From Mytilus edulis (taxonomy: Eukaryota), in assembly GCF_963676685.1 (NCBI RefSeq), contig NC_092350.1:61442001-61506000 (forward strand): DNA of 64,000 nucleotides. The letters run 5' to 3'. Position numbers and translations under genes: made by a program. The notes below the pieces were generated by a model. The model did no database searches, was not told the origin of the DNA, and was given only the letters and a program-made list of their open reading frames with translations. Shown here piece after piece: positions 1-13,002 of this stretch (positions are counted from its first letter, which is position 1; every line of letters starts with the position of its first letter).

Positions 1-112
1 TATTGTATTGATCGTACCTTGTGCAGGGGTTTAACTCTGACATAAGATATGTTTAACTTACATTTTATCTTTTTCAATGGCTGTACTGAGAAACACACCT
101 TACTTATTCCAA

Positions 113-177
113 ATAGTTACACAAGTAAAAACATTCAATCTGGTGAACAAGAAGAAATTGAATATTTCAAATTAAAG
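113..177 (+). other. Putative 5' non-coding exon 1 of the truncated B-box gene (intron 178-1231)
   Basis: GAATATTTCAAATTAAAG|GTAAC resembles the exon-1 donor region of the intact paralogues (GAATGTTTCAAAGTAAAAG|GTAGG at 27074); acceptor TTTATTTGTAG ends at 1231. Confidence 0.5.
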
Positions 178-309
178 GTAACTTTTACATTTCATTTAGT
201 ATTTCAAAACTCAGTTATCTTTCAGATTAAATTAATAATTAGTTCTTTTTGATATAAAAATTAACAAAATGGCTCGAAAATTTTTAATGGTTTATTAAAA
301 AAAAATGAA

Positions 310-480
310 TACATTGTAACCTGTGTAATCCGACAAAATGGGGAACCAGAAAAATGTTGGATTAAGCAGGGTGTCGGAATATTCATGTTTTTTTTTCCTG
401 CAAGAATAGGCATAATATTGGACAAAGTCGGTTAAAGCAGGATGTTGGAATACTCAGTGTCGGATTAGGCAGGAAATGTG
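310..480. mobile_element. Degenerate Tc1/mariner-pogo-like MITE
   Basis: Inverted ends CCTGTGTAATCCGACA ... TGTCGGATTAGGCAGG with internal GTCGGA repeats; superfamily assignment is tentative. Confidence 0.5.
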
Positions 481-1241
481 AAACTGTTAAGGGGTATAAA
501 CCATTTGTACATTGTGAAAAACTCTATAGAACTTAGAAATAGTATATCTCGAGCATTCTCTCAAACTAATTCTTTCAAACCTTTTCATTTTCAACCCTGT
601 ATACAATTTACAATCTACAATTTACAAACTTTTCTGATTGGGTTCCATCCTCCAGAAACTAGAATATAGAGAAACAACAGAAATGATTCCCTTTGTCTAA
701 TTTTTAGGCTTGTACCTCGAATAAGACATATCAGTCATCTATAAGTACTAGAATATATGACAAAGAAGACGATTTCCACTCGTGTACATTTACATTTGTT
801 CCAGTTAAATATGGTACGCATACATATAAACCTTTGTGACAAATCAAGAAAGTGAATATATCTGCGTGTAATAATTCCATTTTTAAATGATGGTAACATG
901 AAGTTGGAATATTTCAATAAATACAAATAAAATTGTTCGAAAAAAAACATGTATATCTATTTCCTTTACACTATTTAAAACTATAAATAAAACAAATTTT
1001 CTGATAACTATAGACAAAGTTGAGAAAGAGTGACTTCGTGGTTGACAAGTCTGATTTATCAAATAAAGTAGACTTTCACTCACACCACATCTTCCAATAT
1101 CTATTTCAAAACACTGCGATTTAACCGTTTGCAGCCTTCAAAAAATAAAGAGTAAGCGATAAGGTAATAAATGGCAACTGCAACAATATAAACTTTAATT
1201 CATGAACATAAGTACACATTTTTATTTGTAGTTTGAGATAA

Positions 1242-1781
1242 AAGGTGACAACTTCTAGGAGCTGTGGTATTTGTGAACTCCGTCACATCAAAAACCCATC
1301 CATTGTCTGGTGTACAGAATGTGACGAGAGTCTGTGTAAAGAATGCGAAGAGCATCATAGTTTGTCTAAGGTATTCCGAATTCATGCTGTGACGGATATT
1401 GCAAAATTTAAGAATTCATCAATTGATGTACTAAATATTTCTCAATACTGTACCAAACACAATGAAAAGTATCTAGTTTATTGCCAGAAACATGAATGTC
1501 CATGCTGCGACAAATGCATCGTGGAAAGCCACAATGAATGCGAAAATATCGTCAAATTAGATGACTTCACTCATAATGTCAAAACCTCTTATACCCAGCG
1601 CGAGATGGAGAAAACATTATTTGAACTAGCAGCTAATATACAGAAAATTCGCCAACATCAACAGGAAAATCTGACGTCATTTAATGAAAGGAGAAAGGAT
1701 ATTGAAGAAGTATTGAAGACCAGAACAAACGGCAACAACTATAATGTCTATTTTTCAAGATTTTCGAACATTTTATATTAA
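1242..1781 (+). pseudogene. Truncated RING-less TRIM-like (B-box) pseudogene
   Basis: Encodes both B-boxes and the start of the coiled coil. The paralogous ATG (TTTGTGTTTA-ATG) reads TTTGAGATAA-AAG at 1242-1244. Similarity to paralogues stops near 1739 and there is no propeller. Confidence 0.85.
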
Positions 1782-2219
1782 TCGATATTATTGGAAAAAA
1801 CATCGATAAACTTATTAGACTAATGAATACAAACAATGTAGAAGGGGTGTTATTTAGGTTAACTTATATTTAGATCTTTTAAGCTTAGAATCGATATGTT
1901 ATTATAGTATGTATTTATAATTACAACACCTTCTTCTATTCTGTCACATAGTTTGTGTTTAAGTATGTATTTTAGGTATGATTGATGTAATTCAAATGTG
2001 TACCTATAATTTATATAATCTTTGGTAATAAAGTATATACTATAATAAATAGATATTAAAGATATTTATTGCTTTGTAAAAACATAAAGCTAAAATAATT
2101 ATGACATATTTTCACATTAAAAAACGTCCATTATTCTGGGATTTGTGTCTTCAGAAAAAAAAATTAAGCATATTCCACTTTATTTTTGCAAAATTCATGT
2201 ATAGATAACTTATGTAAAT

Positions 2220-2450
2220 TTTTGTCGACATAAAAGCGAGACATAGCGATTCTAAAATTCGCCGTCAGCGTCCGTGGCGTTAACATTTAGATTCAGTCTG
2301 GTTGAAGTTTTTCTTACATCTATAACTCTATCAAACCTACATGGAATTAGATGAAATATAGACTGAGTTTGCCTATGACCAAAATGCTGTCTTCAGTTTT
2401 GAAACTTTTTTTAAGGTAAGCAGATAATGTCTGTGGTGCAATTTGAAAAT
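2220..2450 (+). mobile_element. Degenerate Helentron-associated (HINE/pearl-like) element fragment
   Basis: TTTTGTCGAC...GCGAGACATAGCGAT head followed by a CGTC-rich tract; recognised from memory of bivalve repeats. Confidence 0.35.
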
Positions 2451-2699
2451 ATATTTTTCTTTTACGTATTTTTCTGATAGATAAATGAACTAAAATTTAA
2501 AAAAAAACATACAAGACTAACAAATACTAGAAGCTCCTGACTTTGGACGCATTGGTGGCCATGAGCTGTTTTCTGCCTTTTGGCCGAGTCGATCCACAGG
2601 CCTGTATGCCCATAAAAACGTAAATCAAAACATAGATTTAGAAATTTCATTCTCTTTTTCTCGTATTTGACGTATCAAATTAGACTCAAATTAGACTTA

Positions 2700-2870
2700 T
2701 CGCTGGGTTTGTACTAATATTAGCACCGCGACGGGTGCCATATGTGGAACAGGATCTGCTCACCCTTCTGGAGAACCTAATATCACCCCCAGTTTTTGAT
2801 GGAGTTCGTGTGGTTTGGTTTTCTGTGTTGTTCTATGTGTTATTATGTGTCCTTGATAGTCATTGGACCC
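2700..2870 (+). repeat. Interspersed repeat family D (CAGGATCTGCT-ACCCTTC-GGAG-ACCT core)
   Basis: Same family in reverse at ~4000-4175, 6260-6440, 24190-24280, 35335-35660 and 43840-43950. Confidence 0.75.
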
Positions 2871-4375
2871 AAATCATATTTCCATTTTCACATTCCCTTT
2901 CCATTACACATGGTTCTAAACAAAATAACCTTAAATCTGAGAGTAAAAATTGTTATTTAAGAAAAAAGGAATTGGAAGAAGCTATATGTGTATGTCTAGT
3001 AGGCAATATTTAATAGAGTACGTAAATTTGTTATACAAAATACTTTAAAAGGTTGGAATACATCAGTTTCCTCCAAATGGACCAAGGACTTCATATGAAA
3101 AAATAGGTCTATAAGACTTATGCTGTACGAATGATTTCAATACATATAAACAGTGTTAAATTCGAAAGATTGCATTGAATATCTTTTATGATACGATATA
3201 TATGATGGTCACGTGTCCTTAAAAAAAACAAATGTCGAACCCTGCATAATGCAAATTTTCATTTTTTTCTCATCGGGAACACAGTTTGACAGAACCCTAT
3301 CAGAAAAATGTTTATAAAATATCTGGTTGAAGCACAACTAACATACATATTTCTGCAGAGAAAACACTGTCAAACATACTATTAGTATAACAATAATTTG
3401 ACAATTACTATCCACACTGATCTGTGTCCACACTTGTTACATTAGTTCTTGTCATAAAATCTTTCACTGTGTAAGAAAGATTATAGAGTTATTCCTCTTT
3501 ATATTAGATATAATGTTTATAATAGTGATGCTATTAATCAATAAGTAGTGTGAAATGCCGAATTTAGGTTTTTATATTATATATCTGTATTAAATTTGCT
3601 ATGAGTTTATTCACCTGTGTTTGGGTACTGTACTTATAAAAAATGAATTTGAAGTTGAGTCAAACTTTTAGGTCATATAAAAAGCATCAATTGGTACGAA
3701 TTGAAAACGTATAAATTAAAAAGGCGAGACAACCATCTTAGTCGCTATAAGGTTTTGGCCTAACCAGACACATATGATAAACACTGACCCCAATTTTGAA
3801 ACTATATTGACGGCCTTTCAAAAATAAACCCTTCTAGATCTTTTCCAATAGCAGTCAATAACAGTACTTTTCACTAGACTAGTGTACATATTTTTTTTTA
3901 TTGTTTTATCTTATTGAAGGGTAACGTTAGAGAACATTTGATTTATCCCCTTCCTATCCCTTTTCTTTGTAGCGTTGTGTCTTTTGAAATTCAGTGTCGA
4001 TTCAAGAAAGGCGAATGATATCAAATGGAAATGCAAGCCATAGCCATAGCAAAAAAAAAAAAAGACATCAGTATAAAAAAAACCACAACATCGAATAATA
4101 AAGACTGAGCAACACGAACTTCATAAAAAAAACTGGGGTTGGTATCAGGCGCAGATGGATGAGCAGATCCTGCACCGTGATAAGTTACCAATATCAAATT
4201 AATATCAATCTTTTTATGATTATCTCTTGTTTAAGCCTTGCATGTACTATACAGCTTACATTGATTTAAGATAAACTCGATTCTTTAGACACTCAGACTG
4301 TTTCCCTCTTATCGTTCCAGTGTAAAACTAAATTATAAATTTTAATTGTAATTCAACCCTTTTTTGTCACTTCCA

Positions 4376-4538
4376 ATCAATATCAATAACATGCTGTTTA
4401 GGGGCCAGCTAAATCACGCCTCCGTTGCGGGAATTTCTCGCTGCATTAAAGACCCATTGGTGGCTTTCGGATGTTATCTGGTCTTTGGTCGGGTTGTTGT
4501 CTCGTTAACACATTCCCCATTTCCATTCTCAATTTTAT
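4376..4538 (+). repeat. SINE-like family B 3' fragment
   Basis: Matches 13495-13634; further fragments at 5060-5162, 38780-38945(-) and 44223-44315(-). Confidence 0.75.
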
Positions 4539-5715
4539 GTTTATCTAGTTTTGGTATATCTGTTAATCATCAAAATGATAATATATAACAAACATAAAAA
4601 AGCAGACTTTTAAATTGTAGCTGGTAAAAGCTTTAAATTCTAAATTGGGTATTTTTCTTGACGTTCCAAAATCTCTCTATATATATTTTTTAAACCGTAG
4701 AAATAAAATTATTTTATTTTGTCGTTCCACGAAATAGGTGTAATCCATAGCTCTGGGTGTAATCTATCTTTACTACTTATTTCATTACTATTTATGCAGA
4801 AAAATCAAGAAAGATTGAAAGCACAGAATACTTAAAAGCGTCACAAATTACGAAATAAGCTCTTGAAAATGCTAATTGAGAACCATTGCAGAAACATATA
4901 ACATGTTTTAATGTTCGGTCTTTTATTTTGAAAGAGGTACAGCAATGATGAGAAACTTACATAAATTAAAACATGGACATATATGTCCCTCCGGCACAGT
5001 CGATATGAACATGTGTGTCCCTCAGGCAACAAGAGGGTTAAAAAGATTATGTTGGCTTCTATTTCGCTGCATTGAAGACCTGTTGGTGACCATCTGCTGT
5101 TGTCTATTCTATAGTCGGGTTGGTGTCTCTTTGACACATTTTCAATTTCCATTCTCAATTTTTCTCAATAAATAAATAATAAAGTTGTATTTGATGAAAT
5201 GTATTGTATTTCGTTTTCCTACTGGGAATTATTGTCATCAAATTTTACGCGCTTTTTTTCTTATTGGTCCCTAGCTATAAATTGGTAGCCATCTTGATAT
5301 TCTTATTTTCTGCTAGCTTGGGAGCTCAGCTTGGTACGTATTATTTTTTGCTTACTTGATGCGTCTTATTGTTCACTGGATGGCTTCAATTTGACAATTT
5401 ATAGAAAAATGCAAAAATAGATTAAAAACAAATTTTTTTTACCGGTAAGTCTGTATTTTATCTATTGTTTCTTTTTGTAGGTAACAAGTGTATCTAACTG
5501 GAAGTTAGCTCCCTTCGTGAAATATTCAGTACACCGTCGTAATATACAAATATTAACAAAGGTACTGTCAAACTTATCATAAACACTCGGGAACCAGTCT
5601 TATGTAACAGGCAGACGAAAAGCGCGCTAATATCCGCATGCTGTACATAACGTAATTTCGCGTATTTTTAACATAATAAACAGCGGTGTGTAGATTTTTG
5701 CCAGCCTAAATAAAT

Positions 5716-8700
5716 ATGTCTCACGATTATTCACAAAACAGTGTGCAACAAGACTGTGAATACGACGGTAAGTGCATTTGGTCAATTTGAGAACTTTCTT
5801 GTTTGAAGGTTTTAAGTACACATTTCAGCATTCTTTCACTTGGTTCTGTGGGTTAACATATATATAAATCAAAGAATAACTTAAACTTACCCTAACACAA
5901 ACACTAACTCTAAACTGAAAAAAGAGTCCCCCCCCTCCACACACACTGTAAACAAAAACAGATTAAATAATGGCGAGAACTATCACATGTATGAATATTG
6001 AGGTCAATAGAGAAAAATTGGACCAATATTACAGAAAATAAGGCAAAAAATATAATAATGGCATGCTACAATACATAAGATAGAGAGTAATAGACAAAAT
6101 GAGAGAAAAGATAACATAATTATATATACATACGTTTCGCATTTCAGTGGAAGAACCAACCAGAATTGAGTACCAGTAAGTTACTTTATGTAAAGAAGGC
6201 AGGGAGTAATCCACTATCTTGAATATCAATGCAAAGCACCGCGTCTAAACATTTACCGAAGAGAGGCGAAAGATACCAAAGCGGCTTTCAAACTCATAAG
6301 TCGGAAATGATAAATTGGAAATGACCAAAATACAAACAACAATATTCAAAACACGACATAGAAAACTAAATCCACGAATCCACACGGATGTGATTTCTTT
6401 TGCACCGGAAAGGTAAGTATATCTTGCTCCATATATACGGCATCATTTACTAGAAATTACAGAAGAAACGCGGTTTAATTACGACGATTCAAGGGTCTTT
6501 TTTATTTGTATTGTGGTTATCACTTTTTTTTAAAGATGATAACTTGTTTGGTCGACTGATAAAATAGTACGCTTTGATTTTTAAAGGGAATATCATTTAT
6601 ATAGTTTAGTCTTTTGAAATAACATACTCGAAATACTCTAAAAGTAAACCTAACTAGAAAATAAGAACTGAGGCCCCCTGTTTTTCTTTTGATTGTCTGA
6701 AAGCAAACTCCAAGATCTATATCTACGAATGGTTGGAAATCATATCGGCAATTTTCTTTCTAATGATATAAAATTGCAGTACATTTCCCATAATATAATC
6801 CTAAATATATGATATAAAATAAGACGATGTGGTACCATTGCCAAAAAGACAAGTGTCCTCCGGAGACAAAATGGCATAGACTTCTACGACTGATAATTTC
6901 AAAAGTGTACACCAAAACGTCGTGATCGCGGTTAAAAGTGTCATAATCATTGGAAAATTACTTGGGGTTATTTTCATTTTGGGGTACGAACAATGAAATT
7001 AACCGTGGTTCTTCGGATTAATACGTTTATTTTTCTATAATATTAATTTAGAGTTATTCATTTCAGATTTCTCTTGTATTGGAAAAAGCTATGTGAGCAA
7101 AATGTTCAAGACATTAACAAGGAAATAGAACTTATGAACCAGGGAGAAAACAGGCTCGTCGAGTTGACAAAGAAAGACAGCAAAGTTTGTCCTCGCTATC
7201 GGGCTAAAATAAATCAGCTTCAAAATTGTAAAAGTGACGTTGAATCACTTGCAAAGATTCCCAAATTGTATACAGAGGGACTGTAACGTGTTCCTCCCAG
7301 TATGCAGACAAGAATGTCTTAACAAACTGTACTACTGCCTTCGAAAACGCTTCAGCAAAACACGAAAAAATGATTTTTTTAAGCATATGTTAGGAGTCCC
7401 AATATTGAGCCGAATAAACGAAGCTCAAGAAATTCTAAGACCTCGTTCATCACTGTCATTGCTTACACAAAGTCGCAGACTTTCAACAAATGTTATCAGG
7501 AAGACTTATAAAGTTTCAAAATCCGGATTGATATGTAAATCTAATGGTGATATAACTAATACTGGACATTCTGAAAAGTCACCAGCTTCCAATAGTTTTG
7601 AAGTTAAGAGGAATCCATCTTATATAATAATTGATAATTTTGTAAACAGAAAATTAACCCCGTACGAAAGTTACGCGCAATCCGTGGAGGACTCCGACCC
7701 TTGTTTGCAAAAAGAAATATCAATAACGAAAAACATGTGTCGCTCTTTGTCGGCTCCAGACGAAGCTAATTGTAAACAGAAGGTACCAGAAGAGACCCTC
7801 AACGATGAGCAATGTATAGTGAAAAGGCAAACAGAGACAGAATGTCCATTTGATCCTGTTTCTATTGTAGATAACACACTATTTACAACATTCGTCGGAA
7901 AATCTGAGCCAAAATGTCCTGCTCAATCAGAACCCATTGCCAGGGACAATAGGTTTACGCAGAAGGAATCGTCCAAATTAGAAACTTCTTGCAATACAAC
8001 TTCTGTTGCAGTTGATATCGATTCCCTACCAAACAAACAAAACAAACCGAAAATCAAAATACCTCAAGCTGAATCAAACATATTGGAAAATCCATGTTCG
8101 CTGACCTCATATTCAGTCAAGACTAGCGACCTTATTAAACAACCAACCCGAACCTCAAAGAAATTCCTTGTCGTCCGAAGTCTACTGAAATTGGCACTAT
8201 TTTTGCAATTCAGAGACGAATCGAGCCAGAAAGTCTGAGTCTCGAGATGCATGAAATTGACAATTCAACACAATTAAAAAAATCCTGACCACAAGATGTC
8301 TTACGATCATTGCCTTGTTGAAAACTCAACCAATCATGTGATTTATTGTAACGAGACTATAGCTACACTGGAAACTCGTCTTATAACCGATTGGGGAAAA
8401 CTTAAAGATCAGAAATCTGCTGCTGTTGTATTTTCTGAAAATCCTACTAAACAAATCAAACCGGAAGGTAATTGTCGTCTGCTATTTCCACGTGGTGCTC
8501 CGCTACCTAGAATATCGTCGACTCCCAGTCAGAAAAGCACAGAAGAAATTCATTGTAAGATTGAAGGTCATGCAATAAAGAAAAGGCCACAATCAGGTCT
8601 GGAAGCCAAATATAATAAAAATTATGTTTCATCGCTGTTGAAAATGACACGGGAGCTGCCACCCATGGTTGATACCCAAAAAGTAATGAAACCAGTCAAA

Positions 8701-8952
8701 ACTTGTTGTTATCAACGCAGATTCCATTTTGAAAAGAAACCGTCAAAAGATCACATTGCGCGTAAGAACCGTACAAAGACAAAACCAAATAGTCCTGTAA
8801 AAAGGGTAAGAAGAATCTCCCGCACTCCCCATCATGTTGACATCATGTACAGTGCTGAGGGCAAAGGTGATAGTTCCATTCGAGAAACGCACAATCCGCC
8901 ATTACCTCCGATAAAAGACCAAAAATAAATTAAGCAAAATAGGAATGACTGA
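5716..8952 (+). pseudogene. Disabled paralogue of the 738-aa orphan gene (exons 5716-5767, 6148-6175, 7067-8952)
   Basis: Splice sites conserved with the 45324-48880 gene. Lesions: 2-nt deletion ~7256, 1-nt deletion ~8150, +1 in an A-run ~8280, premature TAA at 8926. In-frame deletions of 51 nt (exon 2) and ~204 nt (~7373). Confidence 0.85.
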
Positions 8953-9093
8953 AAACCATTTTATATGGATTGTTTTATACCTAAAATTTATAAAATAAAT
9001 AATTAAAGTATAGGTTTATACTTATCATTATTAAAAACAACACCATCGGTTTGAATGGAAACCAATAATATTCTTTATAGAACAATGGTTTCA

Positions 9094-9210
9094 GGTGATG
9101 ATGATGAAGTCGACGTCGTGACGATGATGAAATCGACATCGACGAAGACGATGATGACAACGATGACGACAACAAGAAAATGACGATGACTGTGACGATG
9201 ACAATGACGA
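9094..9210. repeat. Imperfect (GAT/GAC)n microsatellite
   Basis: Visible trinucleotide tract; paralogous tract at 49038-49160. Confidence 0.85.
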
Positions 9211-9397
9211 TTTTATATCCGGAATTATTTTGTTTAAAATGATAAAGACAACAATCTTTGCAAGGGTTACTGAAAAAAACAAACATGATGATACTTCAAC
9301 AATTATTGTTGTTGTGATTTGTCGAAAGCAGTTGTCATTCCTTTCATTGGAAATATACTTTATAAATGTTGTTAGACTTGAGTTATTAATTGAACCT

Positions 9398-9515
9398 CAG
9401 GGGCGGATCCAGCCATTTTTAAAAGAAGGGTTTCTATCAAAGGAGAAAAGGGGGTTCTAAACATACGTACCCATTCAGCATTGAACGCAAAAAGAGGGGA
9501 ACTCAAACCCTGCAA

Positions 9516-9563
<48 letters not shown>

Positions 9564-9577
9564 TTGATCCGCCACTG
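9398..9577. mobile_element. MITE with CAG...CTG ends and 5-bp TSD (AACCT), containing a (CT)n(CA)n tract
   Basis: CAGGGGCGGATC...GATCCGCCACTG flanked on both sides by AACCT. Confidence 0.85.
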
Positions 9578-9785
9578 AACCTTTCCAGAATTACTTCGTT
9601 TCAACGTAAGTAAAGTTCTCCGTCATTTCCCGGTGCATCATCTTATTTATTTATATATAAATACTTTTATACACATTAACAGCTAGAATATATATACCTT
9701 AATAATTCTTTAATCAGCCGTAAGAGCTTTTTTCCTGATAATTATAGCAAACTTTCAGACAGGATCTTGAAAATCTTGATACATT

Positions 9786-9930
9786 AATCTTTTGAAATCT
9801 ACATATATCAATCTTTTGAAATTCTTAATTTATCAATCTTTTGAAATTCCTAATTTATCAATCTTTTGAAATTCTTAATTTATCAATCTTTTGAAATTCT
9901 TAATTTATCAATTTTTAATTTATCAATTTT
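9786..9930. repeat. 25-bp tandem minisatellite (TATCAATCTTTTGAAATTCTTAATT), ~5 copies
   Basis: Units start at 9806, 9831, 9856, 9881 and 9906; not expanded in duplication copy B. Confidence 0.9.
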
Positions 9931-11795
9931 GTGTTTGAGTAAACCGGCAATGAACACATATAAATTACAAACAGTTAAAAATAATTGACTAACGGACAGA
10001 AATATTGGTAAAGGTAAAATTCCTTTTTACAAATTACCTGCTAATCAAAAATGTCCACATTAAATGTGAGTGGGTGGTCGTACAAAGCGTTTCTTCAAAA
10101 GAGAGGTTAAGCTAGTGTTTTTCGTTTTTTATTAATATAAATGTGTGACAATTCTTAATGTTAGCATTCGAGGAAGACACCGTTCGATTCCATCGTCTGT
10201 TCAGACGTGATCAACGCCTGCGAATGGACCCCCTTTTTCTGAATATTTATTTTTGAGTCTTGTACTTTTTTCACTTATTTAATGTGTCGTCTTCTCTTAT
10301 CCTTACGATAACAGTCTTTATAGATGTTGACCCGCACTAATGAAAAATGATAATAGTGGGTCAAAATTTATATAGCAACAACACATTTATTACATGTAGG
10401 TTAAAATATTCAAAGATTTTACACACACAAAAATAAAAAAAAAATGGCCATCTTTGAAAAGAAACCGAGCTCCAAACAATCGCGTAGTGCAAATGATACT
10501 TTTGTTAATTCGGAACTGTATGCACCTTCTTGAAAAAGGATGTGATGTATTAACTCTAAAATAAACTCCCAAAGTGAACCAAACAAAGTTTAAAGCAAAG
10601 GAATATCATCTCTTTATACTATTGCTGTTCTTGATCTCAATGTCACAGTGATGCCATCAATGCGGTTCAAAGTCTTAATTTCAGTTAAGAATCTACCCAC
10701 AGAGCACTATTGCAGGGAAACGTCAGCAAATCAAATTTCTTAATTTTCTTTTATTAGTACTGGAAATGTAATACAACATAATGCAGCCGCTGATTCAGAT
10801 GGGGACACCCCCCGCCCCTAGAATAATGAAAAAATCTAATTTCTAGCAAAAATAACATAATATATGGGCTTTATATAGTTCCTAATTCTTAGAGGCGCCG
10901 ATCCCTTAATCATCAAATACTGGATTCGAACCTCTCACAAATGCACGAGTTTATTAACCACAGAAAAAACGTCTTAGTCTTTTATCTCGGGAATTTAAAG
11001 AAGATTGTGATCTCTTCGGTCATTTTGGTGCAGTCTTCTGCATTTGACGGTCTTTTCAAACTTATACTAAGACAGTCATATTGATTTGAAAGACTGCACT
11101 TCATTTTGTGGTATTAAGTTTGCGATAACGATTGAAATATTACATTTGTGAGACATTGTTCAAATAAAATGATATATGCAGCCTTTTTGTAATTTCATTT
11201 TACGCCGTTATCTACGATAGAAACAGAGTTATGAGGAAAACAAACAAATATCGTATCCCGCTTGGAATTATTTAAGGTTTATAAGTACACGAACCAGATA
11301 AATGCATTAACATGTTGCAACCATGATATGCGTGCACCACCCCTATCTGATAATGTGCAGTCAAAACATATTGATCGTACCTGGAATATATATAAGATAT
11401 AAGGGTTTGGGGATGGGGGCTTTTGTTCTTTAGACCATTTTTCCATATTCTTTATATTTTAGCACCCCAGTTTTCTCAATTTTTTTTTTATTTTTTTGTC
11501 AATTCATTCTATACTTTTAGCCCAAGATTCTCTATTCTGTGACCAATCTCCATTTAAGTCCTGATGCAGAGACCCTCTTTCGTGGTTGTATCGATATATA
11601 AACCTTGTTTGTGACGCTCTTTGTCTAAAATACACAAAGTTTACTGAAAATGTTACATGAAAGGGAAATACTGTATTGATAGAATATTGTACACATATTT
11701 CGAAATGTACTAAGTATAAACTTTTTCCGGGGCTTATCCAAAGTTCACAATGTTAACTGGAATTGTGTATTGTTAAAGGAGAATAATTAGATATA

Positions 11796-12190
11796 GGAAG
11801 ATGTGGTGTGAGTGCCAATGAGACAACTCTCCATACAAATAACAATTTAAAAAGTAAACCATTATAGGTTAAAGTACGGCCTTCAACACGGAGCCTTGGC
11901 TCACACCGAACAACAAGCTATAAAGGGCCCCAAAATTACTAGTGTAAAACCATTCAAACGGGAAAACCAACGGTCTAATCTATATAAACAAAACGAGAAA
12001 CGAGAAACACGTATATATTACATAAACAAACGACAACTACTGTACATCAGATTCCTGACTTAGGACAGGTGCAAACATTTGCAGCGGGATTAAACGTTTT
12101 AATGGATCCAAACCTTCTCCCTTTTTCTGAAACAATAGCATAACATCACAACAAAGAAAAACATACGATAAAATATCAATTGGCAGACTT
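11796..12190 (-). repeat. SINE-like family A copy
   Basis: Matches 14038-14352, 53908-54262 and 54558-54690, and reverse copies at 39100-39378, 59570-59830 and 60440-60575; absent from duplication copy B. Confidence 0.8.
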
Positions 12191-13002
12191 AAGCATACAT
12201 TGCTTTATTGATCGTACTAAGTACATACAGCAATGCAATTTCGAAATATAACACATAAATATTTCATGTATATGTTCAGGAGCTTCATATTCAAATTCAC
12301 AATGTTCACATATTATCCTTTCAACGCTTTTAAAAGAGAATAAGCATATATTATTTTAGTATATGTTAAATGTAAAGTATTCGGAGGTTATTTATGATAA
12401 CCCATACACCGATACCTCTATAGAATGCTCACCATTGATTGGTTGGGGTTTGCTTGGCGTCCAGTGGCAATTACGTCATGCTTAACATGCTCAATAAGGA
12501 CTCAATGCTTAATAATGTGTTTCCGTATGTAGTCATCAAATACAAACCTCTCCCTTAAGCTTCCTCTCCAAAAAAAATCGCACGACAAATGACCTGAAGT
12601 CTCTGTATCCATAGATCTCAGGAACATCTCTTCGAAAGTTGTGTGATCCCCCTTTTTAATAGTTTTTTCTAGTTCCCCCCCCCCCCCCCTTAATCGTTTT
12701 GATGAAACCTTGCTATTTCTCGTTTCCCATGCGACATTAATTTTGAATGCTAAATTACCTTTATAGTTTCATAATTTTAATTAATGGTATGTCATTGTCA
12801 ATTTCAACTTTGACCCTGCAGGTTACATGTACAATTTGCTATTACTTTGGTTAAATTTTACTTTAAGCGTAGGTCATATACGAGGTTAGAAAATACTTTG
12901 AAAAGTAACATTATCCCACTGTCCTTGTCGATAAAAAAAAAGTAAATTGAATAGGATGCGTGACGCTGAGAAAAGGCTTTCTGAACTAAACACATGTATT
13001 CT

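Larger units (their letters stand above)
3225..12975 (+). repeat. Segmental duplication copy A (paralogue of 42795-52525)
   Basis: Collinear matches throughout, e.g. 3276/42876, 5470/45090, 7067/46795, 10624/50497, 11089/50992, 12961/52512. Confidence 0.92.

Noticed and set aside
6-20. TATTGATCGTACCTT also occurs at ~51272 and partly at ~11369
   Set aside because: A 15-bp match with unrelated flanks is plausible by chance in 64 kb of AT-rich DNA
1171-1191. ATGGCAACTGCAACA encodes MATAT, like the TRIM N-terminus
   Set aside because: Stops after 6 codons, lies in the predicted intron and has no donor to join it to the ORF
2735-3013. 92-aa ORF (VEQDLLTLLENLISPPVF) and similar short ORFs at 4364, 4841, 13990, 28237, 35053, 53918 and 56015
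   Set aside because: Translations of multicopy interspersed repeats
8981-9286. Ser/His-rich ORFs
   Set aside because: Artefact of the (GAT/GAC)n microsatellite
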